Positions 26,955-41,336 of a stretch of DNA of 64,000 nt are shown here, one piece after another. Position 1 is the first letter of the stretch; the number at the start of each line of letters is the position of its first letter. Source of the stretch: Bilabrum cf. latius (lineage: Eukaryota); the NCBI GenBank assembly GCA_965178125.1, contig OZ237735.1, forward strand, positions 2,418,001 to 2,482,000. The letters are read 5' to 3'. Below the pieces are notes generated by a model. It ran no database searches. It saw nothing but the letters and a program-made list of their open reading frames with translations, and had not been told where the DNA came from. A program made the position numbers and the translations under genes.

Positions 26955-29900
26955 ATGAAGAGGAAAACCTTGCAGCGCGCTGGGGCAGCCTTTCTGAAGG
27001 ATGGCAAGGTCCACCACGAGAGAAGGCTAACGGACCTGCGCTTGGTCCCACGGCACACTGACCCTGAAGGTCCAGACGCAACTGAGCCATTTACACAACA
27101 AAAAAATAGTGCAACTAGCATCCATCGCACCCCCAAACATAAGCTGGGTGCCCGAAAACTTTCAAGACCTGACCAGATGCCAGAAACAAGTGTCGACGAG
27201 GATGCAGTGCTTCTGCGCCAGGCTGATATCGAAGACATCAAAGCTGCTGCGACTGGCATGAGAGCAGAAGAGGTATTTGGAATTGAAGTTCCAAGCCTGG
27301 CTGAATACAAGGAAGAGGTCGTATCCCTTCGCGAGATCAATGAACGAGCCGCCGCTGTGGCCAGCAGCAAGACTAATATGCGACTTTTACGGTTTCGAAG
27401 AAGATTTCAATGGTTTGGGGACGTGTGGGTCGCAGTCTTGTAGTACATTCGATGGAAGTCATCTTTACGCTTCACATTGGAGGTTCCATAGCTGTTTTCG
27501 GTGGGCAGGTTGGGCGCTGGCGCAGAGTACATGATTCGCAAGTCTGAGTATCTTGCAGGACTCATGGCAGCTATGGACGTTTCTACATCCCCTGTACCGC
27601 TGCCATAGCTCGGAAAGATTCTTGAAGAGTCTTTCGATGTTTTGAACCCCACCGGGAGGCTCAAGATAGACCGCAGAGAGGCATTGTGCTTCTGGCAGTT
27701 CTACAGGATGAAGCCAGACAGCGGTCCGGGCGAGGTGATACGCATGCTGTTCCGATCGTTCGATGGCGACAGGCCCGGAGGCCTGAATCACATCAATTTC
27801 ATGAAGATGCTGGTGCAGCTATGCATATCCAGGTACGAGAGCCAAGATGTGCTCGCTGCGGTCTCGTCCGCTCCCTTCGAGGCGATGGCGAACCACGCAA
27901 GCCCTGCATCAGGGGGCGTTCCGGGATTTGGCATCGAATCGCAGTCTATAGATTCATCCCATGCGAGCCTCGTGGGCGCGAGCAGGCCAAGCGTCCATCG
28001 CAAGATCACTACAGAGGACCTGGAGCGCATCATCCGGGGAAGCCCCTAGCTGCTGCAGGTATTCGAAGGCATCCGGCTCAAAAGGCTGCCGGCAGCGCTG
28101 CGGTCCATGGTGCAGAGAGCCAGGCTGAACAAGCAGCTCGACCGCACCCAGCGGTAGATGAACGAGGTGAACTACAAGATGAAGCTGCGTCACGCCGCTA
28201 GGCTGTGGCAGCAGCAGACCACTAGGCGCTGTTTCGTTGAGTGGAAGGTGGCTGTGGCGACCTTGCAGCAGCACCGTCTGGTCGAGTACAGGCACAAGTC
28301 AAGGAGAGCGCTTCGAACGTGGCTCAAATGGGCAAGGTTTCGCGGGATAAGCCGGAAGCAGAATCGAATGGCTCGAGTGTTTCACGTCGTGCGCCTGAGC
28401 AGGCGCGTGCTTCGAGGGCTGCAGCGCCACGTCGATGCTGTGATTCGGTTCCGCAACCTGCTCACGAACAGGGCGGACGCCTCGTTTGCGCAGCTCATGT
28501 TTGAGCGGTACTTTGGCGCGTGGAAAGAGGCTCATTAGACGGGAATTGCGGAGCGCAAGTTCTCATCAATGATCCGACGGAGGTGCCTGAGGGCTTTGCA
28601 TAGCCACGTGCAACAACAAACACTCGCAGGCCAATCCAGGCGCCAGCTGCGAGAGAGGAGCCAAGCGGGCCTCCAAGCCGAGGCAGATCGCCGCGCGCGC
28701 ATTCGAATCAAGGCCGCACGAGACGCCGAGGCTCGACAGGCGGCCATGGAGCAGGAGGCATTCGCCGCCGAGGTGGAAGCCATCACGCAGATTCAGGCCG
28801 CCGAGAGCGAAGCAGCAAAAGCACGGGCAGACCGAAAGCGGGCAGCAGCCATTGAAAGGTAGAACAGGATGCGGGAGGCTCAGGCCCGCAGGCGCAGGGT
28901 AGAAGCCCTAGCGTCGTTCAAGGCCAGGTGGGACGGGGCAGCCGATCGAGCTGGTCACCAGGCAGCAGAGCGGGCCAAGGTCTGGCTGGAATCAGATGAC
29001 GGGGAATCGTGGCTGGAAGAGGAGCGCAAGCGATTCTAGGGTTACACGCGGGTGGAATAGCTGTCACAATCCGGATCTGAGTTTCAGATCGAGTGCAGGC
29101 AACCGTCCGGTCGGGTGTGGGCTGTCAACCGACGGACCGGCCAGGAGTTCAGATGCGCTCCGCTCTCGAGAGAAAATGCAATTGCTGTACTCAAGGCTCA
29201 CAGAATAGCAAAGGAGACGACAGCTGCCAGACAGCAAGTCGTTGATGAAGAGCGAGCAGAGTGGGAGACGATGCATCGCGAGCGGGTAGCTCGTGCTCTG
29301 CAGGCTGCTTTTCTCAGCCACCGCATGAGAAACGTGGTACTCGACATGTATCGCAGCGTGCTTGAGCAAACCACCGACCCGTTCTCTGGCAAGGTCTCAT
29401 ACGTCGATCTTAGAACGGGGGAGGTGCTGCCTCGCAAGCCGCTCATGTTCCGTCGTGCCCAAGTGCACCCTGACCCCGACTGGATACTGCGCAAGGACCT
29501 AGTGAGAGGTCGGTACTACTACATGGACCCAAGCAAGCCAGACAAGCAAAAGTATCACGCGCCCAAGGGATATCTGCTGTGCTTCGAGTGCCGCCTTGAC
29601 TTTGCCTCGCGGCGGTGCTACGGCGAGGGATGCAGCGGGTACGCCTACTGCTTCAGTTGCTGGGAGTCAGCTCATCCCCCAGAGGACCCAGTCCTTGCTG
29701 CGCATGCATCTTCCATTGAATCGGTGCCGAGATAGCCGTCTGTCTGCCAGATGCACTCGTACTGCGAGCGGGTGGGAGCGCCCAGCACAGCCACTTGCGT
29801 CGACGGCACAGCGGCTGACGGGATCCTCTGGGACGACTAGTCGTGGTACCAGACTCTATGCAGGCCGTGTGCCCTCGCATGGTCCTAGGGTAAAGTTCGG

Positions 29901-30179
29901 CGACTGCCATTTCAGCCTGCGACTTGCAGCGTGGACATCCCGGTGAGTGCACTTGCGGCACCAGAGCACGTGACGGGCGGCGACGGACCCGCAGAAGAGG
30001 GCAAGGACTCGAAACGTGTGGGCAAGGCGAAGCAAGGTCATGAAAGCGCGCCACAAGCTGCTGTCGGGCAGAGCTAGGCCCCCAGTGATGCTGAGATAGC
30101 TGCCGGGTAGGCTTGGGATTTCTACGAGTTCTTGTCATCTGCCCAAGTGGAGGCGCAAGTCCGCCGAATGGGGTACTGA
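26955..30179 (+). CDS. EF-hand-like / Sfi1-like repeats / coiled-coil / IQ-WW / B-box-like protein (~1,074 aa)
   Basis: One frame through at least 13 TAGs to TGA 30177-79. EF-like FRSFDGDRPGGLNHINF; Sfi1-like repeats RRCFVEWK, RRALRTWLKW, ERYFGAWK; IQ-like ALQAAFLSHRMR; WW-like WILRKD..GRYYY; CxxC...C..CFSCW...H. Confidence 0.7.
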
Positions 30180-30266
30180 GCTATCGGTGAGAATTCAAGA
30201 GTGCAATTGTCATTCAATAGAGGTCTGTCATGTATGGGCAACTCAGTATAAACCAGATCGATCTAA

Positions 30267-33200
30267 TCAGGGCTCCTGTGGTGCAGGCGCAGGCACCACA
30301 CGAGCTGCATCCTGTGGTGGCGCAGGTGCCGGGTCCTAGGCACTCCTCACATTCACACGCACGGTGAATGCACTTGCACCGCTAATTTCTTTGTTTTTTT
30401 GACCCTAGCCTTTAGTAGCAGCAGCGGCAGATCCCCGGCCCTGCCTCTGCTTCTTGAGCCTGTTCTGCTCCCTCCTCTTCCTGAGAGTGGTCCAGTAGCC
30501 AGGCCTGCTGCGCTCGATGGCCTTCTGCGCCTCGCACTCACTGATGCAGCACTCCTCAAACCCAGTGATGCTACCACAGCACTTGGCAAAGCTGTTCTAT
30601 GCGCAGCAGAACAGGTAAACAGCGCCATCTCGCCCCCCGCACGGTGCGGCGACGCACCTCGCGCAGGACAGCTCCGCTTCATCAACCGATTGCTTGCATT
30701 GGATGGCACCGCAGCAGCAGGTTTTCTTGTAAAATACGTGACATGGCCAGCAGATGACGCCCTTGTGCAGGCCAAAGAGAAGCGCGATGGCCAGGGTGGT
30801 CAGGGTGAGCATCACGCCGCTGTCCCGGCCGGCAACCGACTCCTTGACATCGACATCATCCGGTCCCATGGGAGGACCAGCGAAGCTGACGGTGCCCTTA
30901 TCTGCCAGCTGGCTCGCGTCCATGAGCACCTCCATGATCGTCAGGGGTATGATGACCCACATCATGCCGATGAGCCGCGGAGCAACGCAGTACTGCCTCT
31001 GCAGCCGGTCCCTCGACATCATGCCTCTGAGCCCAGGCAAGAAGCAGGGGCAGCACTTCGAGCAGCACGTGTCACAGAGCATGCTGCATAGAGTGTGCTG
31101 CTCGCGCGATGGAGCATCACCCTTCTGATCGCCCGCGGTGATGCCTTCCGAGTAGCTCTCGTTGGGTCCCACGCTCGCATCCTAAAACATGCCGGAGGGC
31201 AGCTTGGCTGAGCCATGCAGTGAGCTGGGCAGGGTCGAGTCGTTGCCACCTTCGTTCTGACCGTCATCGAACGAAGGCCTGGCTACCTTTGAAGTGGTCG
31301 ACGATCCTTCGAAGCTTCCAGTCGACCTCCGCCTGTTGGTGCTGGCGTTCGCAAGCTCCTTCCGCACAGCTTCAAGACTTGGAGGCGCGTTGCGCCCCAT
31401 GTGCAAGAAATCGGCCGCATTGCGCTCTTTCACAAGAGAGGAAGGTGAGTCTCGGCGGGCTCCGCTGCGCCCACCAAGGACCGCGGCAACGCTGTCCCTG
31501 CGGCGCTTGGAGGGCGCCACTCGAGTGGATGAGGCAGAGCTGCTTCCCCTCGCATCGGACGACCGCGATCGACCTTTTGATGCGGATGATCCGCCTGCAG
31601 ACGCAGTGTATTCATCCCCATGCTACTTCATTTTGATCTTTTGCTTGGAACCGGACTGGCGGCAGGGTTTGCTGCTGCGTCTAGTCGCTGCGAGGATGCC
31701 GGCCTTCGAAGAGGAAGACACATCTTCGACCGAGTCATCAGATAGTCCAGAGGTCATTCGAAGAGATGTGATGTCAGGAACTTGACCCGGGCGCACCTTG
31801 CGGCGGGACTGGTCGCTCCCCGGCTCTCGCTGGACCGGTACGACATGTTGCGCAGGGTCAGCTGCCCCGCCCGTGCGGCTTACGTTCGGAGTGGATGCAG
31901 ATCTTGCCTAGCCACGCAAAATGGAAGCAACTCGAAGGTCATGCCGCCTGCCATATGAGGACGAAGAACTACCTGTCACTTCAAACAATGGGCCTTGCTT
32001 GACTCGCTTCAAGCCATCTGCAGTGCCCAAAGAGCGATCCGGTCCGCTTGGGGTGCTTGCATCGGCTGGTAGCAGGACCTTTAGCGATGAATCCGCGGTG
32101 ATTGTCTGTCCTGGAGACCCAAATCCTTTTGTGGCCCTCCCCAGACCGCCGGCTTGCTAGTTCACTTCGATGCTGTGGGATGCGGCGGTAGCGTGAGTGA
32201 ACGAAAGCTCCCTAGCCGGAATAGGGCTAGACCAGCTCTGCGCGTGGGGCTTTTCTCCACCTCTTGCCAGCACCGACGTGCCAAACTGGGGCTAGGACAG
32301 TCCAGGGCGCAACAGCCCGGACGGAAACCCGTGAAAGCTTCCGTGACCGCTGTCGCGCCTGCCCAGTTTCGTGGCCCCGCTGGCTGCCGCCCCAGCACCG
32401 TCCCTCCCCATGCCTCTAGTTTGACCAAAGTCGAACGAGCTTCTCCTGGTTACCTGCGTGCCGATTTCTGCCTCGCTGATGGGAGCAGAGGCGCGATGTG
32501 CAGCGTCGCCAGTGGCATCAGACTCATCTTGCTGTTGCCTCCTTGGATGCTTAATGCCCTTCCTCCTCCCAATGATGTGTTCCTTGGCCTTGGCACCATT
32601 GTCAGAGTTGGAGGCTCGGATGTCGCTGGAGGTGGCGTCAAAGCTGCAGGCGCGACGACCAGTGGCACTGCCGTCCTCGTATCCTTGGAATGAGCCGACA
32701 CTACCATTCCCAAACGTCACATGAGAGACATTCGACACTGCATGCGGTGCTTCTGTTCGCTGAGAGCCTTGCTCCAGGGCCGGGTCTACGGACATGACTG
32801 GGGACGCACAGCCTCTTGCAGTAGTACCATTAAGAGCTTGATTCGGCTGTGGCGTTTGTGCAGCGAAGGCATGTGTCCCCGTCGAGGCCTGCCCTGTCGC
32901 AGAGGGGTCAGGAGCCGCACCCGCCTTCTTCCATCGATTGCTCTGCTAAGCAACGCCTCTATTGCCTACTGTTTGATGTGTTAAGGAAGTCAGCGATCCA
33001 TCCACTGTTTGATCGGTATCTGCTGCTGGCAGCCTGAGCGACCCCCCGGCATCGAGCATTACGGCCGACTCAAGGGTGCCCACTGAGGCAGTGTATGCGG
33101 TTCCAGCCAAGAATCGAGGCATGACCCCAGCAACGAGAGCCATGTCAGCTTGCATTGCAACATCGTTAGGGTTACTATCTTTCGAGTCATTGGCGACATA

Positions 33201-33845
33201 CTTGGTCGTTGCAGCGTCACCCACTTCCCGTGATGACCCCTGCTGACCAGCGACATCCCGAGTCCACACGCGAAGCTTCGGGAGTTCTGCCGCCTTTCGA
33301 ATTGAATAACAATGCAGGTATATCGAACATATTCCCCCAATTAAGGCAGGCAGAGAATACGTCAAGAACCAGCTGTCTACAGCAGGCTAGCACAAAGTGG
33401 CATGCTGCTCCTGTCCGCTAAGCAATGCCCCAACGGAGGCCAGCAATGACGAGCAGGCCAGTAGATACAGTCTATACTAAAAGTACTGCCGTTCCACTTC
33501 GTAGCGCTTTATGATGCGGCCACTTGTGGCGTGACAAATCCCAAGACCTGTGCTAACTGTGATGATTCCGACAATGAGCAGCGCAACCGTATGATTCGCA
33601 ACACTCTAGGCAACACAAATCGAAAAATACGACAATACGTCGAGACCGAAGCACCCTGGAATAAACGATATGCTCTCTATCACGGATACGGCAAGCAGAG
33701 CACTGGCTGCATCGCGCGTAGCGATTCCTACAAAACGCGAGCTTCTGAGCGATAGACCGGCTACAACGAATAAAAGAAGTAGAATACTACAAAGTCTAGC
33801 TGCGATTGCTGCAGCCGAACCGATCGAGTCGCCCTGATCAGGCAT
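30267..33845 (-). CDS. Multi-pass (7TM/GPCR-like) membrane protein with a very long low-complexity internal loop (~1,190 aa)
   Basis: ORFs 33606-33902, 32946-33365, 32292-32795, 31182-31520 and 30597-31172 are one frame broken only by TAG and end in TGA at 30267. About five hydrophobic helices are N-terminal and two more follow a Ser/Gly-rich insert of roughly 750 aa. Cys clusters are present. Confidence 0.6.
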
Positions 33846-33963
33846 GGTATTGTAGTTCGTTCGGAAATCGGCGCCTGCCAGACTTGGTCGCACGTGCTGC
33901 ACATGTTCCGCTGCGCGGCGCCCCTCGTCACCCCGGGCCTGGTTTGCAGCAACAATCCGAGAT

Positions 33964-34893
33964 ATGGCGGCTCGAGATGTTCATGGTCGCGAGAAACCAT
34001 CAAAGGCGCTTTACATATAGCATATGCCAACTGACGTAGATCCTGCTGAGGTGGGTCGTCTGTTTGCTGGCGAAATCGGGTTTGTAGACTTCCGGCCGGT
34101 TCGAAAGATGGCGTTCATTCAGTTTGACACGGAGAAGAATGCCGCTGCTGCCCTACGACGACTACAGGGTCACACGGTCCAAGATGGGTCTAGACCGCTC
34201 GTGCTTCAGTTCGATCACGGCGCCATGCACGACAGCGGGAGCTACATCGACAAGCGCAGAAGTGCCCTGCTCGACGCAGAGCTGGCAGGCACGATACCAT
34301 ACTGCTGCACTGCCTGTCGTACTGAGATATTGCGCCTTGTCGCGGCGTGGCCGCTGCTCAGCAGTCCACGAAGAACTGTGGATGGATCATTTGCCGTAGA
34401 GGAGAAAACTGCACTCCGTAAACTGATGGCTGCCAAGGCCCCAGCAGTCAACGTTGTGAGACGAGACGGCTCGAATGAAAGCGGTGTCCCATCAGTATCG
34501 ATGGCCTCTGGAGAGCGCTCCGTTGCACCGACTGACGCATCGGCGAGCAGCGAGGGCAAGCCAGCCCGACCATCCTCCTCCTCTCACTCGGCCAGCTCTG
34601 CGACTTCAAGCGTGACCCGCGAGGCGGCTTCCGGGGAACGCGTGGCAGAGGCGAGGCACATGCTGCACTGTCCTAGGTGCGACGTGCCGGTGGCTTACAG
34701 GGCCAGACCGCTGGGCGAGCCTGCCAGGTTTCTGTTCGTGCTGGATGGGGCCTTGGCGGCGCAGGTGGACGGGGCATTGAGCCACGCTGCGGTACCCAGC
34801 TAGTCAGGCAAAGCGAGCGCGGCAGGTAGTAGCGCCACGGGCGAAGGGGGCGATGGGGCGCCGCGCAGGCAGGCTGGTGAGGTCTTGGCCTGA
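33964..34893 (+). CDS. RRM domain fused to STEEP1/CXorf56-like zinc-binding domain
   Basis: ATG 33964; RNP2-like ALYI*HMP and RNP1-like KMAFIQF; then YCCTAC...LLSSPRRTVDGSFAV and LHCPRCDVPVAY...FLFVLDGAL. TAGs at 34018 and 34801; TGA at 34891-93. Confidence 0.7.
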
Positions 34894-35143
34894 AGCTGGA
34901 TTTGCGGCCTGTACGGCTGAGTCCTGGATGTTGGTTGTTGATTTCAAAGTCCACATATTGCTGAAGCGACGCGCTTCAACGTGGCACCAGGTTTTGAAGC
35001 AACCGTTTGAACTCCTCCAGACCTGAGAGAATGATGCGACCAGTTGGGCTCACGGCAGAAGGTCGCTTCAAGCTGGTTCCGCAAAACCGATTCGGGGCGG
35101 CGCCGATAGCTGCAATTCAAGATCCCAGATTCAAATAGCTACA

Positions 35144-36210
35144 ATGGCCTCCGCTGCCTGGCAAATTGCAAGTCGCGGGACAGGAAGGGATTCCTACATT
35201 GGTACCGTATCATCGCCAAGACAGGCACCGGGTAAGGCCATCAGGTGCGGTAGAGGTGCGGTGTGCTTGTGTGATTTGGTTCTGGACACATCCCGATCGG
35301 TCAGTTTTGCACAACGAAAATAATTGTCTTGTGCGCAGGTGTTCTAGTACGCGATGAAGTTGAGCATCCAGCTGGACCCACGCATGCATATGGCGACCTT
35401 GCGAAGCACAAGCACTCGTGCCAGCACGCAAAGCGATCTGCGGCGATGTACGACCCACGCCGGAGCAAGGATGTGGATATGTCACAGTAGGAACGCAGCA
35501 AGCTGTATAATATGAAAGTGTCTGCTTAGAGGCGCCATGCTGCCGCGCTGTGCCGCCCATCTACGTGAGACTGATACATTTTGGAATCTGCATCTGCGGT
35601 TTCTCAGCTGCCGCGATTCTCCCGCTCCTCGTGTGCATTCCGTACACCGCAGGGCTCCTCGGTCTCTCTACACCATCCAACCCGAACGGAAATCTACTCC
35701 AGCTCGCGCTCGTGCCACCTTGCGAGCCCACTTGGAAGCCGGGGGGGCGGTGTCGCCTCGCGGGGCACTCGTCGGTTCGACGGGCCGGGCCCGGGGTGGC
35801 CCATTTGCGGCAGGCTCTTCCGCCGGTCTTGCAGACCTCGGAGAAACTCAGTGGCTCGCCACACATGCCAAGACTTTGCGTGGTACCAGCGGTGGCCAAG
35901 GAGACCAGCTCGCCACACCCAGCCGTGGCCGGTCGGCCGCAGCGATAGCGTCACCAGGCGCCTCATCCCCCCTTTCGATCGCCGCCGCGTCGCCCTTGAG
36001 TTCCGTCGGCTTCGCGCCTGGCACGGGACACCGCGGCCGCGGAACTTCATTGCGCGGCGCCGCCGCAGCGGAGGACCCCCTGCTGACTGCCGCGGGCGGG
36101 ATCGTCGCTGCGGAGAGAAAGGGGGCGCGGCGGGCGCGGCGGGCGGCGAGGGGCCCAGCCCTGCTGGCCCGCGGGCGGTACGGGGCACCTGCCGCCTCCA
36201 CAGTGCGTAG

Positions 36211-36266
<56 letters not shown>

Positions 36267-36460
36267 AAGGTCTTGCTGCAGGTGCAGGGGCCGGGATTGG
36301 GACAGGGCAGAGTGCTCGCTCGTCCACGTCCACATCCATGCAGTCCCCCCTGCGAGCCACCCGGGAGCTAGTGGCGGGTCCTGGGTCCCCTGGCGGCGAC
36401 CGAGCGATCCAGCAGCAGAGGGCCAGGAGGCTCGGGTGGGGCAAGCGTTACCTGCTGTAA
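35144..36460 (+). CDS. Hypothetical basic low-complexity protein; putative exons 35144-35230, 35339-35447, 35608-36460
   Basis: Two phase-compatible GT-AG introns give a continuous frame ending in TAA. No recognisable domain; contains a (GA)n peptide repeat. Confidence 0.45.
36211..36266 (+). repeat. (GGAGCA)n coding microsatellite (Gly-Ala)
   Basis: About 9 tandem hexamers are visible. Confidence 0.9.
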
Positions 36461-36476
36461 CAGCCAAGGCTCGGGT

Positions 36477-36517
36477 GAGTAAGCATCCTTGAGTAAGCAT
36501 CCTTGAGTGAGCATCCT
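36477..36517. repeat. 14-bp tandem repeat GAGTAAGCATCCTT, ~3 copies
   Basis: Directly visible just downstream of the TAA at 36460. Confidence 0.85.
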
Positions 36518-36632
36518 CTGGGAGGGGGGCGGGAGGGGGGCGGGGGGGTTACGGGTTTGTGGTGTTTAACGTACTGAAGGCCCGCACATTTGGCTGGAGA
36601 TATTTGCTTCTGTATTTATCTGGATCCAGGAT

Positions 36633-36890
36633 TCAGGATTCCAGCATTGACAGCCGCATTGCTTGCTATAGCGCGGCCTGCTCCGCTTTGCCGAGATCTC
36701 CTACCTGATCCGCGATCAGCTTGGCGGTCCTGGCAGAGGGAATGCCATGCGTGGACACATGCAAGATGCCCGCACCACCGTTGGTAGATGTCGCTCCACC
36801 GAGCGGCGAAGCTCCCCCCGATCCAGTAGCCACCCAATGTGTAGGTTCCGCTGTCGGTGCGCGGCGAGTCGATGATCTCTCGATTTCAAC
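36633..36890 (-). pseudogene. 3' gene fragment ending in a ubiquitin-interacting motif (UIM)
   Basis: The frame reads ...DLGKAEQAAL*QAMRLSMLES-TGA, a typical UIM with TAG at the LQxA position. An in-frame TGA lies upstream at about 36891, and I found no clear start or upstream exon. Confidence 0.45.
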
Positions 36891-37101
36891 TCATTCCATC
36901 TTTGAAGTCTCCATCTTGGCGTTGGCATTCGACTTGTTCGAGGAGAGCTCTCAGACCAGGTTGGGCGAAATAGACTAGTCTACTGCAGGGTGCCAGGTCG
37001 TTCTGTTTGTCAGTCGCTGGTTTTCGTTCTGCAGCCGCCAGCCAGACGGCCTGATATATATACAAGTTGCAAACGTGGAGCATCGACTGCCCAACAGCAA
37101 C

Positions 37102-38658
<1,557 letters not shown>

Positions 38659-38760
38659 TGGCGAGCGCAAGCACGAGTGAAAGGTCAAGGTCAGGGAGGT
38701 CCTACTCTTCCGAAATGCTTCTCCTCATGTGATGATGCGCCAGCAATGGCAGCGTTTCCT

Positions 38761-40397
38761 GTTATATGTACTCGGATATCAGGATTGAAGCAACGGGGAG
38801 CAGAGGTGAGCCGGAAGACGAGGTGGGCGCAGGAGGACAGGAGGTGGAGAAGAAGAGGGGGACACCGGCACAGGCGACGATAGTGCGGTGTCAACAGGGA
38901 GAACACAACGGGAGGAATGGGGACTCCAGGTGCAAGGCACGAGGGAGACGCGGGTGGCAGCGGACTGCATGGCCAGCAGCACGCAGAGGGCCAACAGGCG
39001 GTTGGACGGATGGGGCGCGGCAGGTCGGCCAGGACCGGCGCGTGCAAGATAAGAAAAATTCCTGCCCCCGGTCCCGCGGACCCACTGGGCTTCACCCCGA
39101 ACGACTGGTTTTCACCGGTCCACCTGAATGCGGTATTCATCTGACACTACGAATATACACGCCACTTTCCCCATGCACCCGACTGGCCTCGTCGCCACAT
39201 GGCTTCCTGTTCCTGTTCCCCGCCCTAGGTACCGTGTGCTTTGCTCCTTGCATTGCCACCTTGGCCCTATCCTTTCAGCTTGCACGCGCCGGTCCTGGCC
39301 GACCTGCCGCGCGCCCCATCTGTCCACCCACCTGCTGGCCCTCTGCGTGCTGCTGGCCATGCAGTCCGCTGCCACCCGCGTCTCCCTCGTGCCTTGCACC
39401 TGGAGCCCCCATTCCTCCCGTTGTGTTCTCCCTGTTGACACCGCACTATCGTCGCCTGTGCCGGTGTTCCCCTCTTCTTCTCCACCTCCTGTCCTCCTGC
39501 GCCCACCTCGTCTTCCGTCTCACCTCTGCTCCCCGTTGCTTCAATCCTGATGTCCGAGGACGTATAACAGAAAGGTTAGGGCCAAGGTGGCAATGCAGGG
39601 AGCAAAGCACACGGTCCCTAGGGCGGGGAACAGGAACAGGAAGCCATGTGGCGACGAGGCTAGTCGCAGAAATACAGAAATACAGAAATACATTGTTGGG
39701 TAAAGATTCCACAAGCACCCAGATGCACCGTTGCCCCCGAAGGAGTTCGAGTGATCACCTGAATCCAGAGGAGTCCTCAAACAAGGACTACAAGACCCCC
39801 GACCCTTTCAGGCCAAAGGCCCCCCAATCTCAGCCTACACCGCCGAGTCCCCTTTATTCGCCATCAATGTGGTCCCCCACAAGCCCTCAGCCTGATGCCT
39901 TCACAGGGAGAAAGCATACAGGTGCGGAGCATGTGCCCGGCACAAAGCGCGGTCCAGTCCCACATCAGGGTCCCCTGCCGGGACCCACCATTTCCTCCTC
40001 CATGACCGTCTCTGCGTCTCACGATCCTTCAGAGAGGCTAGCATGCACGCGCTCATGCCTTTGGCCCATTGCCTCTCTATGTCCCTTAGCAAGCCGTGGG
40101 GCTTAAACATCCGTCGCTGTAGCCGAGCGTTCGCATTGGTTGCCGCTATCAGCTCTTGCGTGGCCGTGGCGGCAAGAGCAGCCGCCGCATCGCCTCGCAT
40201 CCACTGCCTGCACGTCAGCTACTCCTGCTAGCGCAGCTGGTTCCTGATCACCTGCACCACTCGGTTGGCCAGCTCCTTGACAGCTGTCCGTTCCGATGAC
40301 CGCGCAATCGTACGCTCTATCCGAGTCGCGTTCATTGGAAAAGTGGCGTGTACATTCGTAGTGTCAGATGAATACCGCATTCAGGTGGACCGGTGAA
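38761..40397. repeat. Nested inverted repeats: A 38761-39048 / A' 39279-39568; B 39180-39276 / B' 39570-39666; C 39111-39169 / C' 40338-40397
   Basis: Reverse-complement matches with scattered mismatches were read directly, for example TCAGGATTGAAGCAACGGGG vs CCCCGTTGCTTCAATCCTGA, and TTCACCGGTCCACCTGAATGCGG vs CCGCATTCAGGTGGACCGGTGAA. Confidence 0.9.
39901..40335 (-). CDS. Small hypothetical ORF (~144 aa) between repeats B' and C'
   Basis: ATG 40335 reads through two TAGs into ORF 39901-40200 and ends in TGA. No recognisable domain. Confidence 0.25.
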
Positions 40398-40416
40398 GTC
40401 CGTGTCAATACACCGC

Positions 40417-41295
40417 TCAGGACCAGATGTCCCGCTCATACCTCCCCTGCTCCATCATGCTCACCAAAGCGCGCTGAGAGTTACTCATGCCCGGCAGGGC
40501 CTCCCTGCCCGCCAGCACCGCAGTCAGGGCGTGGTGCACATCCCGCGCCATGGCCGCGCCATCACCGCACACGTACACGTAGGCGCCCTCCTTCACGATG
40601 AGCTGCCTGAGCCTGTCGGCCACCTGAGGCTCCAGCATGCGGTTCCACACGTACGTCCTGGCTCCCTCCACCACGCCCTGGATGCCATCGTTATCATCGT
40701 GTCTCCGGTCCTGCGCCGGCTTGCCGCTGCGGCCCTCCCGACTGAAGGCGCAGTGCAGCTCGGTGAGGTCGCCCCCTTGCAGCAGCGAGGCCCAGTCGCG
40801 CCGATGCAGGAAGTCGTAGCTGCTTCTGTGGTTGCCGAACAGCAGCAGCACGTCACCTGCTGGCACCTGCTCGGGGTTGGACGCCAGCCGGCCAGAGGAC
40901 TTGGTGTGAGCGATGGGGCTGCGCGAGTCGGCGCACTCCGCAGCTTCCTCCCGATCCAGTGCGTGCACCAGCCGATCCGCGATCTCCCTCGGAGGCGCCT
41001 AGAAGCTCGCATACATGCCCAGAGCAAGGCGAGACCGGAGCGGTTTAATCACCACTCGCCCCAGCGTCCAGACCTGCATCCGTGGCTGAATCAAAGCGTG
41101 CAATGCCCCGCTCCCGCAACATGGAGGTAGGCACCTGTTCCGGCTCCAGCGCATCCACACCCCGCCAGACGACGCCTTGTGGGTGCCGGCCTCCCTGTCT
41201 GCCAGCAGTGCCTTGCGTCGATCAAGCGCGTCCCACAGGAATATTGGGCGATGCTCCTTGCCACCACCATCAGCGCCGCAACCGCAACCGCCACC

Positions 41296-41336
<41 letters not shown>

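Noticed and set aside
38766-40106. 446-aa ORF across the inverted repeats as a transposase or RT
   Set aside because: No catalytic motifs; it runs through self-complementary GC-rich repeats.
41091-41160. Off-frame AGAGTG as the missing reductase GxGTG motif
   Set aside because: The flanking residues do not match (no APF) and the frame closes with TGA. It may be chance or decay and cannot be supported.
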